A stretch of DNA of 63,969 nucleotides, filler included, from Octopus bimaculoides (lineage: Eukaryota), in the NCBI RefSeq assembly GCF_001194135.2. It is 5 parts of 5 records of this genome, joined end to end, with 100 filler letters (N's around TTAATTAATTAA, not from the genome) between each part and the next. Parts side by side here need not be neighbours in the genome. Positions count along the whole stretch, not along the records: positions 10,327 to 38,260 come from NC_069005.1; 4 more parts are not named here. One strand, given 5' to 3'. Position numbers and translations under genes: made by a program. Under the pieces are notes generated by a model, which was not told the origin of the DNA, ran no database searches, and saw nothing but the letters and a program-made list of their open reading frames with translations. Of the stretch, positions 24,901 through 36,963 are shown in pieces (within the stretch, counting starts at the first letter, position 1; each line of letters begins with the position of its first letter).

Positions 24901-27878
24901 AGCTGCATTCTGTGTGGACTTTTAAGCTGACCCTCTGCAGAGGGCTAATTGGTCCTGTGGCACAAAACTAAAGAGAGCAATAATAATGAATCATTTATTG
25001 GTACCTTACCAATATGGTATTACTTTAAATTTAGTCTAAAGGAAAAACTTGTAAGTTCCACGAATTTTTGGAGTTCTTTTAAAATTTGAATTTCCAACTG
25101 TTAGCTTATAACAAAATCCTCATGCAGATCTGATCCCAATGCTGGATGTTCAAGAACCAAATGAAGGACAAATTTTCAATCCTGGAATTGTCCTGATTCC
25201 AAAAAGGTATAATATGTCTATACAGAGCAAATGTAGACTGAGATACGGGGGGGGGGGGTCTCAGAGAGATGGGCAGACAGAATTTTTGCATTTATTATCA
25301 TAGATTTTCCCATGATCTGATGTCTTGGAAGACAGGAAACAGACACTGCTTGCATGGTTGTGATACACGCTTACAACTATCACATAGTGTCAAGGCAAGG
25401 AGACAGTCTCTCTCTTCCTCTCTCATACACACACACACACGATCTGACGATTGTGAGTGAAACACTCTAACCACTTGAGTATGCGCTTGCACTCATAGCA
25501 CTGATTAACTGTAACCAGTCAAAGTTATACTGTAGTTAGTTTACCTGTTGTAGATTTTTGTTTTTCAAAATCATCATAACACATATATTTCCATTGTTAC
25601 CATTCCTTTTTTTTTTTTATTCCTACAATTTTTAGGAATTGGTTGAAGAAATAAGACGCCTGATTGCCAAATATTTGGTCAAAATGTTAACCTTTAAGAG
25701 AGATAATTGCAAAGAACTGGTCCCAACTGCTGAACTGAATGGAGTAGTTTCTCTATGCAAATTGTTTGATTGCTTTGCCACAGCAGAGAATGGGGTAGGT
25801 TCGGCTGCACCTTTTTCTTTGGTTTCACTACATTTAATGTCATCTTAAATATTTATCTTCATGTATGGGCGTAGGAGTGGCTGTGTGGTAAGTAGCTTGC
25901 ATACCAACCACATGGTTCCGGGTTCAGTCCCACTGCGTGGCACCTTGGGCAAGTGTCTTCTACTATAGCCTCAGGCCGACCAAAGCCTTGTGAGTGGATT
26001 TGGTAGACGGAAACTGAAAGAAGCCCGTCGTATATATGTGTATATATGTATGTGTGTGTGTATCTTTGTGTGTCTGTTTGTCCCCCCAACATCGCTTCAC
26101 AACCAATGCTGGTGTGTTTGCGTCCCCGTGACTTAGCGGTTCGGCAAAAGAGACCGATAGAATAAGTACTAGGCNNNNNNNNNNNNNNNNNNNNNNNNNN
26201 NNNNNNNNNNNNNNNNNNNNNNNNNNNNNNNNNNNNNNNNNNNNNNNNNNNNNNNNNNNNNNNNNNNNNNNNNNNNNNNNNNNNNNNNNNNNNNNNNNNN
26301 NNNNNNNNNNNNNNNNNNNNNNNNNNNNNNNNNNNNNNNNNNNNNNNNNNNNNNNNNNNNNNNNNNNNNNNNNNNNNNNNNNNNNNNNNNNNNNNNNNNN
26401 NNNNNNNNNNNNNNNNNNNNNNNNNNNNNNNNNNNNNNNNNNNNNNNNNNNNNNNNNNNNNNNNNNNNNNNNNNNNNNNNNNNNNNNNNNNNNNNNNNNN
26501 NNNNNNNNNNNNNNNNNNNNNNNNNNNNNNNNNNNNNNNNNNNNNNNNNNNNNNNNNNNNNNNNNNNNNNNNNNNNNNNNNNNNNNNNNNNNNNNNNNNN
26601 NNNNNNNNNNNNNNNNNNNNNNNNNNNNNNNNNNNNNNNNNNNNNNNNNNNNNNNNNNNNNNNNNNNNNNNNNNNNNNNNNNNNNNNNNNNNNNNNNNNN
26701 NNNNNNNNNNNNNNNNNNNNNNNNNNNNNNNNNNNNNNNNNNNNNNNNNNNNNNNNNNNNNNNNNNNNNNNNNNNNNNNNNNNNNNNNNNNNNNNNNNNN
26801 NNNNNNNNNNNNNNNNNNNNNNNNNNNNNNNNNNNNNNNNNNNNNNNNNNNNNNNNNNNNNNNNNNNNNNNNNNNNNNNNNNNNNNNNNNNNNNNNNNNN
26901 NNNNNNNNNNNNNNNNNNNNNNNNNNNNNNNNNNNNNNNNNNNNNNNNNNNNNNNNNNNNNNCTCTCTGGAAATGGCGTCTGCTATTAGGCGTCACTACA
27001 AGTGTTTTCTGAAATCTCTTACTTCTCTCTCCTCAAAAACCAAACATTTTTTTTTACAAAATAACATACCTTTCATTTTTTTTTTTTCCAGGTTGATTTT
27101 GGAAACGATCCTGACAATTTTTCAAAGATCGTAGAGCTCTGGTTCCAGTTTTGCATGATATGGTCAATCTGTTGTTCTGTAGATGAAGATGGACGTAAAA
27201 AAATTGATACTTACATCAGAGAGATGGAAGGAACCTTCCCTACTAAAGACAGCATTTATGAATATTTTGTGGATTCCAAAAATAAAAGTTGGGTCCACTG
27301 GGAAGAGAAACTGAAGAAAGGATGGCGCTATAACCCATCGTTAGTTGTTTGTTTATATCTATCTTTGTCCTTTTTTTCTTTTTATCTTTTACTTGTTTCA
27401 GTCATTGGACTGCGGCCATGCTGGGGCACTACCTTGAAGAGGTTTTTCTAACATAAATCGGCATCATTACTTACTTTTTTAAGGCTTGGTACTTATTCTA
27501 TTGTTCTCTTTTTGCCAAACTGCTAAGTTACAGGGACATAAACAAACCAGCACTAGAAATAATACATTTCTAAATCTCTCAGAGAGATTTATACAGTAGT
27601 AACACGATGAAGTGGTGGTATGTTGTCAACTTAATGTGACAGTCCCATGAAAGGGAAGAATACTACTGCTATTTAGCCCTAGGAAGCACTGCTTCCTGTC
27701 AGCCTTGACACGTTTCCTGTGTCCTTATGTTTACACATTCAAACACACACTCATGCACACTAGTCAATTACATCAACCCCGATGTTTCAATTAAGTACCA
27801 GTGAAACACTGGGGTCAATGTCATCGACTAGTCCCTCCCCCAAATTTCAGGTCTTGTGCCTTTAGTAGAAAGGATTAT

Positions 27879-27934
<56 letters not shown>

Positions 27935-30900
27935 GTGAAAGTAACAGTGGGAGTTGAATAAAAAATGTACAGTGGTGAAGATGGACCATCCAGAGCCAGT
28001 CATTATGGGATTATGGGATACATACAAACAGGCAAATAAATGATAGCAGACCAGACATCATCATCAAAGTCATACAACAAATAACATGCCTGTTAATTTA
28101 TATGACAATGCCTTCTGATAGAAACATCTCAACAAAAGAATTTGAAAAAATGTCGAAGTATAAGAACTTTGAGGTTAAGATATCTAGGACGTGGCAGTTA
28201 AAACCTGAGACTAACCCTGTTGTTGTAGGTGCCCTGGGAATGATCAACAAAGGTACTGACAAATTTTTAGACCAGATCCCTGAGAAACCAAAAATTTATG
28301 AGACTCAAAAAACTGTGTTGACATTAACCGCCCACATTCTCAGAAATTTTTTTTCCTATCTAATGTCAGGTCTTGATACTGTGTGGACTAAGATCCCCGT
28401 TGACAGGCCGCTGGTATATATAGAGTGTTGAACACTTTTGGTATGCAAATTAGGGACTCCTTCACAGAGTAACTGCTGCATTTGTTGAGTCTATAAAAAC
28501 ATCTTGGCTGCTTGTTTCTCTGGAGATTGTCAGAATGATGTAGACATCTCTGATGAGAACCCAGTAAGGTTTGAAAATCAATTAAGATTGTTCATCATGG
28601 CTAAAATTTTCCCTGTTTAAAATTATACCATATGTTATATATATGTGCCTCAGGTCTCTCGTTGAGGTCCAGTCAGAAGATGAAATAAAATACAAATCAA
28701 TCGGAAAATAATAACAATAATAATGATCCATTCTGTCCAACCCATGCAAGCATGGAAAAGTGGACATTAAAATGATTATGATGATTTATTTGCTTTCTAT
28801 TTATCTGTCTGCAATTTCTTATTTCTTTATTGCCCACAAGGGGCTAAACATAGAGGGGACAAAGGGATTAAGTCGATTACATCAACCCCAGTGCGTAACT
28901 GGTACTTAATTTATCTTGCCCGAAAGGATGAAAGGCAAAGTCAACCTCAGCGGAATTTGAACTCAGAACGTAGCAGCAGACGAAGTACAGCTAAGCATTT
29001 CGCCCAGCATGCTAACGATTCTGCCAGCTCACCGCCTTGTTTCTAATTTCTTATCAGTCTTCTTAATGTTTTTTTGCATTAAATATTATCTTAATCGTTG
29101 TCAAAACAGTTTTATTAATCTCTACTAAAAACGTCTCCTTTCAGTGTGCCATTTTACAAGCTAGTGGTGCCGACCGTTGATACCGTCCGCTACCAATATC
29201 TGGTATCGCATCTGATTTATTCCATGATACCAGTGTTGTTGGTGGGACCAGTCGGCACCGGTAAGACTTCGGTGGCAGGCAACACCATTACTCTCCTGGA
29301 CACAAAGATTTATAATGTTCTTACTGTCTATATGTCTGCTCAGGTAAGTTTCCATTGTTCTGCAATCTTTGACAAAAGTTTAGGCAAGAGGGACTGCCTA
29401 AGATGGTGGTGGTGGTAATGATGATGATAGTTGTTGTTTGACCCTAGTTCAACCTTAATACAGCAAACCTATGAAACTTATGTCGTCGACCAAAGGATGG
29501 GCAGGCGAACGAGTGAGAGATCAATCTTAGGTTCAGTCTCACCGCGTGGCAACCTTCGGCAAGTGTCTTCTGCTATAGCGCCAAGGCAATCAAAGCCTTG
29601 TGTGCAGATTTGGTCGGCAGAAACTGAAAGAATCTCGCTGAGTGTGTGCGTGTGTATGTATGTGTGTCTCTTTGTCTTGACATCACATGATAGTTTTAAA
29701 CAAACATCATCCCCATACAACTGATGTTTGTTTCCATGGAAACATATCTGGTCATGGGGAAATATTTTCTTACTTGGAAGCACTTGTAGGTTGGCAACTG
29801 GAAGGGCATCCAGCCACAGAAAATTTGCCTCAACAAATCCTGTCAAATCCATCCAAGCATGGAAAAAGTGAACATTGGAACCATGATGGCAGCAGTGTTT
29901 CTGTAGTTTAATGCCATGTTTCCCAGCAAACAACAGACACATAATAGAATTAAATTATGTGGTTGGCCAGTAATCTTTAGGTATATGGTTCAAGTCCTGT
30001 CCGTGTGCCTGTTGATCTCATTTCTTTCTGAAATATTGTTCATTTAATGCCTAACATTATTTAAACCATTAATCCCTGCACATTTGTTTTCTTTCTCTAT
30101 TTTTCTAATCTCTCTCCATTTTTTCTTTAATCTCATCCCTTTCTGTCAAAGAGCATAGGCTCAAAACATCAAATGCTTCTCCATTCTTCCCGAGCATCAA
30201 ACTTGTCATTCCCTCACCTGTCTTGTCTTTTGTTTTCTGTAAATTCGAACTATACATTAAAATATAATCAGACAACAAGAACAAACAGGATAACCCTTGT
30301 AAATATTATTTGGTATCCTTTTAGATGTTAACCCCTACACATTTATTTTTCTCTCTTCATATTTTTTCATTCTCTCTCCATCTTTTTTACCCTCGTCTTC
30401 TGTTGAAGAGCATAGGCTCGAAACATCAAATGCTTCTCCATTCTTCCCAAGCATCAAACTTGTCGTTCCCTCACCTGTCTTTGTCTTTTGTTTTCTGTAA
30501 ATTCGAACCATACATTAAAATATAACCAGACAACAAGAACAAACGGAATAGCCATTGTAAATATTATTTATTTGGTTTCCTTTTTTAGACAACATCCAAT
30601 AACATCCAAGACATCATTGAGAGTCGAGTTGAGAAACGTACGAAAGGAGTGTACGTACCTGTGGGCGGCAAAAAACTCATCACCTTCCTTGACGACTTCA
30701 ACATGCCAGCAAAGGACTTGTATGGATCTCAACCACCTCTGGAACTCATTCGACTCTGGCTCGACTATGCTTTCTGGTACGACCGTAATAAGCAAACGCC
30801 CAAACACATCAAGGTAATAAACTATTTCCCTCCTCCTCCTCCTCTTGTTATATATTTAGTATCTCTAGAGGTGGGGGTCAAGGACATGAATGTTTTTTTT

Positions 30901-31265
30901 AGAATGAGTAGAATGCCTTGTAGTGTTTAGGGAATTATCTATGCATTCTGAGTTCAAATCATGCAGAGGTCAGTTTTACTGTTCATCCCTCCAGGGGTCA
31001 ATAAAGAAAGTACTCACCAATTAATGATGGCATCAACTGTTCCCCTACCCTACCCTAACAAAATTTCTGGTTTTTGTGCCTCTATTGGAAATTATTACAG
31101 AATCATTAGAGTGCCTTGTGGTACTTCTTTTATCTCACTATGCTTACCCTTCCTCTTTTTGGGGTCAATAAAATAAAATACCAATCAAGTATTGGAGTTC
31201 ATGATATTGATTTTCCCCTTCTTTCCTCAAAAACCGCTAACCTTGTGCCTAAAGTATTATTATTC

Positions 31266-31309
<44 letters not shown>

Positions 31310-31905
31310 GAGTGAGAGAGCAGTGTATGCTATCAAAGTGACAGTGGGGTAAAATATACGAAGCCCAGTATATCCATCATGACTACCTGCCTGATAACAC
31401 TGCCAGATACACAACACTAACTCAAGTAGAGCTGGGTTGATACATTTCTCAGGAAAGGAGTTCACAGTACTATGGCTTGAATAAAGCTACATAACTGCCT
31501 TTCTTGGGGCAGAAGGTTACACAATATTATAGTTCAAGTAAAACTATGTAGATACCTTTCTCTATGGGTTACACAATGCTCTGGCTCAATCAGAGCTAAC
31601 CCTAACCCTAACCCTAATTTCATTGTGGGTACACAAAATTATGGCTCAAAAAAAATAAGGTTTGACCTTGTGACCCTGTGGTCAAAAGGCTATCACTTCA
31701 ATCTATGGTTTTTTTCTTTTAGGGTATGTTACTGGTGGCAGCAATGGGTCCTCCTGGAGGTGGAAGAATGGTCATTTCAAAACGACTTCAAAGTCGCTTC
31801 AATCTCATTAACATGACCTTCCCAACGGTAAGTGGCCAAAATCGTCTTAACTCTTCCAATTAATAAACTGCCATCTTTTCTGTTTCCCTGGAATATAGCC
31901 CTAAC

Positions 31906-31947
<42 letters not shown>

Positions 31948-32220
31948 TTAACATCCATTTTGGACGGTCACAATACACAGCCCAGTCCAGGAATTGAACT
32001 CACTACTTCATGGTTGTGAGCCCAACACTCTAACAACTGAGCCATATACCTTCACACACATAGATTTGTATGTGTGTGTGTGTGTGTTTTGTTGTGTCTG
32101 GAGAGATTCATTCTCTTTTAGTGCCTTATTATTTAACACACTCACCAGTTCGATTCCCACTCATTTCCTTGTTTATTTTTTCTAAAATTTTCATTGTATC
32201 TTGCAACCTTTTCAATAGTC

Positions 32221-32256
<36 letters not shown>

Positions 32257-32871
32257 CAGGGTGTCCACAAAGTCTGGGTCCATGGAGTAAATAAAATCAT
32301 AACATAAACAATTAAATATAAGAAATAATAATTTCTTAAAGTATGGGTTAATCCCCATGTACCNNNNNNNNNNNNNNNNNNNNNNNNNNNNNNNNNNNNN
32401 NNNNNNNNNNNNNNNNNNNNNNNNNNNNNNNNNNNNNNNNNNNNNNNNNNNNNNNNNNNNNNNNNNNNNNNNNNNNNNNNNNNNNNNNNNNNNNNNNNNN
32501 NNNNNNNNNNNNNNNNNNNNNNNNNNNNNNNNNNNNNNNNNNNNNNNNNNNNNNNNNNNNNNNNNNNNNNNNNNNNNNNNNNNNNNNNNNNNNNNNNNNN
32601 NNNNNNNNNNNNNNNNNNNNNNNNNNNNNNNNNNNNNNNNNNNNNNNNNNNNNNNNNNNNNNNNNNNNNNNNNNNNNNNNNNNNNNNNNNNNNNNNNNNN
32701 NNNNNNNNNNNNNNNNNNNNNNNNNNNNNNNNNNNNNTTTTGTTGTGTCTGGAGAGATTCATTCTCTTTTAGTGCCTTATTATTTAACACACTCACCAGT
32801 TCGATTCCCACTCATTTCCTTGTTTATTTTTTCTAAAATTTTCATTGTATCTTGCAACCTTTTCAATAGTC

Positions 32872-32906
<35 letters not shown>

Positions 32907-33619
32907 TATAGCATGTATTTTTAAATAGTAAGAAATGACTCCACTAAAATACAGCAGTTTACTTCCTTTTCCATTTATTCATTTTCATTTTTTTGCTTGT
33001 TTGTTTTTGTTGTTTCACATGTTTACATCTTCCCTTCTTCTTCTTCTTCTTCCCCACCTGGAAACAGGATTCTGAAGTTATCCGTATATTTGGCTCAATG
33101 ATTAACCAAAAGTTGCAAGACTTTGAAGAGGAGGTGAAGCCGATCGGAGACGTAGTGACAAGGGCCACAGTTGAGATTTATACGGCTGTGGTAAATAAAT
33201 TCCTGCCAACGCCAACCAAGATTCATTACCTGTTCAACTTGAGAGATATTTCCAGGGTGAGATTCTTCAGACGTTTAAACTTCATTGTTTTATTTACCTG
33301 GACAAGTAAATAGATTTTATTTGCCCACCATAAAAGTGCATACATGACTGTGTGGTTAAGAAGTTTACTTTGCGACCATGTGGTTTGGGGTTCAGTCCCA
33401 CTGTGCAACAACTTGGACAGATGCCTTTCTACTATTGCCCTAGGCCAACAAATGCCTTGTGAATGAATTTGTTCTATGGAAACTATGTGGAAGCCTATGT
33501 GGAAGCTTGTTGATTTGTGTCTGTCCCTGTAACTTGGTGATTCAGTAAAAGAGACAGATAGAAGAAATGTTGGTTGTCGAGCGATGCGGGGGGAGGGGGA
33601 GACAAACACAGACACACAC

Positions 33620-33668
<49 letters not shown>

Positions 33669-36600
33669 CATACACACACACACAACAGGCCTCTTCCAGT
33701 TTCTGTCTATCAAATGTACTCACAACGCTTTGGTCGGCCCAAATCTATAGTAGAAGACATTTGCCCAAGGTGCCACATAATGGGACTGAACCTGGAACCA
33801 TGTGGTTGGGAAGCAAGCTTCTTACCATGCAGCCATGCCTTTATATATATGTGTGTGTGTGTGTCTGCTGCGCTTTTGTAGAATTCAACCCAACTTTATT
33901 TACCAATTCCAGGTATTCCAAGGAATGCTGCGGGCACACAAAGACTATCATGATACCAAAGTGGCAATTACTCGCTTATGGATCCATGAATGTTTTCGGT
34001 AAGTTGTGAATTCCTCGAGGAAACTGACATTCTTCATTTTCTGTCCGGCTGTCTTCGTTACTGCTGCTGCTGTTGCTACTTTTGTTGTTGTCGTTAATTA
34101 ACAGGTGGCTGGCTGGCTGGCTTCCTGAAGTTGGTGTTGTAGATCAATAGGTTATTTGCATGCCAGAACTCCAGGAGCCTAGCTCTCTCTTCATTTCGGG
34201 AACCAATTCCATGGCTCCCATGTACACCATGGAAGATACCAGGTTGCCATCTGACATGCCCATTAAAATCTCCAGCCACAAAGATGAGATCATTGTCACT
34301 CGTCTTTGAGGCAGCCTGTAGAAGGATATCATAAAAGTGGTCCTTCTGTTCATTTGGTAGACCCACTTGTTGGGTGGAGGCAGAGATAATTTTAGCTATA
34401 CTATTCTGCAAGACTAGCCTGGCAGAAACATTAGCGCACCGGGCGAAATGCTTAGCGGTATTTCGTCTGTCTTTATGTTCTGAGTTCAAATTCCACCGAG
34501 GTCGACGTTGCCTTTCATCCTTTCGGGGTCGATAAATTAAGTACCAGTTATGCACTGGGGGTCGATGTAATCGACTTAATCCCTTTGTCTGTCTTTGTTT
34601 GTCCCCTCTATGTTTAGCCCCTTGTGGGCAATAAAGAAATAAGACTAGCCTGAATTTAAGCACTCTGTCGCAGACCCTGATATATAAATATATTCTTTTT
34701 TTTACTCTCTCTCTCTCTCCTTGACTAACTTTAAATCTTTAATCCTGCTTCTTTNNNNNNNNNNNNNNNNNNNNNNNNNNNNNNNNNNNNNNNNNNNNNN
34801 NNNNNNNNNNNNNNNNNNNNNNNNNNNNNNNNNNNNNNNNNNNNNNNNNNNNNNNNNNNNNNNNNNNNNNNNNNNNNNNNNNNNNNNNNNNNNNNNNNNN
34901 NNNNNNNNNNNNNNNNNNNNNNNNNNNNNNNNNNNNNNNNNNNNNNNNNNNNNNNNNNNNNNNNNNNNNNNNNNNNNNNNNNNNNNNNNNNNNNNNNNNN
35001 NNNNNNNNNNNNNNNNNNNNNNNNNNNNNNNNNNNNNNNNNNNNNNNNNNNNNNNNNNNNNNNNNNNNNNNNNNNNNNNNNNNNNNNNNNNNNNNNNNNN
35101 NNNNNNNNACACTAGCTTGTTTAGGTTATTTTAGGTTATTTGCATTGCAGAACTCCAGGAGCCTAGCTCTCTCTTCATTTCGGGAACCAGTTCCATGGCT
35201 CCCATGTACACCATGGAAGATACCAGGTTGCCATCTGACATGCCCATTAAAATCTCCAACCACAAAGATGAGATCAGTCTGGAAAAGAAGGATTTGGATG
35301 AGAACAGTCTAGAAAAGAAAGATTTGGATGGGAACAGTCTGGAAAAGAAGGATTTGGAAGCATAAGAACCCTTCACATGGTCAGATATTTAGGGATATCC
35401 TCACCGAGAAATTTGAGGAGAGGGAGGAGGAGCTAAAGACTTGTGACATAAAAGGCAACTGGGAATTCCTGTAAGACAGCTTGCTGAGTGCCACAGACCA
35501 AATCTGTGGCTGGTGCAAAGACCCTTCCAGACCTAGGGTAAAATGTTACAGAAAGAAAAAAAACCTTGCTGTTTCTTGCAATAAATACATATGAAAAGAA
35601 AATTTTTTTCAGGGACCCTTAAAATACTATTGTGGATCACCAAATTATTATTTTGTTACATAGACCCCGACCCCGAAAATTTTTATTAGGACCCTCAGGG
35701 GCCACAAAGACCACGGTTGAGAACCACTACTCTACAAGAATCTGCTCTGTCCTCCAACCCACCTTATTCCCTAGCATAAAGCTTACCCCTACCTCTTTAT
35801 CCCCAGGGTTCATACTCTTGTGAGCTGCATGGCACACTCAATATTAAGGACTTGTAGGGACATTGTTTTTCATTTTGCAACCATAATATACTACAAAGTG
35901 TATTAAATGTTTTTATGTCAATGCCATGTACTACTGTGTTAGTAGTGCTATTAAACTACATGCTAAGGTTATCTCTACAGGCTTTCTATAGAAATTATAA
36001 CCAGCACTGGCTATAAGTGCTAGCTATAATTTCTATACAAAATCCGTTGAGATAACATGAACAAGCAACCTCAATAATGTTGGTGGCACAAAAAAAAAAA
36101 ATGCCCAACACATGCTTTTAAGTGGTTGGCCTTGGGAAGGGCATCCAGCTATATACATGTGTATGTGTGTGTTTGTCCTCCCAACATCGCTTGACAACCG
36201 ATGGTGATGTGTCTACATCCCCATAACTTAGCGGTTCGGCAAAAAGAGACCGATAGAATAAGTACTAGGCTTACAAAGAATAAGTCCTGGGGTCGATTTG
36301 CTCGACTAAAAGCGGTGCTCCAGCATGGCCGCAGTCAAATGACTGAAACAAGTAAAAGAGTATAGGTGTGTATGTTTATATGCACACACACATTTTAGCT
36401 GATGTCCCTCACATAAATTAACTAATCTCTCCCTCGTGTTAATTGATCTCCCTTGTGTTCATTAACTGCTATCTATTGTATTAAGTAATTAATTCTTCAT
36501 ATTAATTATCTGCCCTCATTGGCTGTTCTTCAGGTGACTACCTAAATGCTGACCTGGTTTACGAAGACATCCAAGACATGTCATCTTTAAAGAAACAAGT

Positions 36601-36904
36601 CCAAGAATTGTTGTTTGAATATAACCACACTCCCGGCGTCGTACCTATGGACCTGGTATTATTCCGAGATGCTATTGAGCATGGTCAGTGATTATTTTAC
36701 CATTCCAAGTACCAGTTCTTCCATGCTGGTCATGACAAATTAAATGTTTCTGTTTCTTCGTTAGCAATAAATGTCATTTTATTATTACTTCTCTCTCTCT
36801 CTCTCTCTCTGTCTATCTATCTATCTATCTATCTATCTACCTACCTGTCTGTCTATCTATCTATCTACCTACCTGTCTGTCTATCTATCTATCTACCTAC
36901 CTAC

Positions 36905-36963
<59 letters not shown>

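Noticed and set aside
25444-25470. CUGACGA...GAAAC motif
   Set aside because: No stem II pairing.
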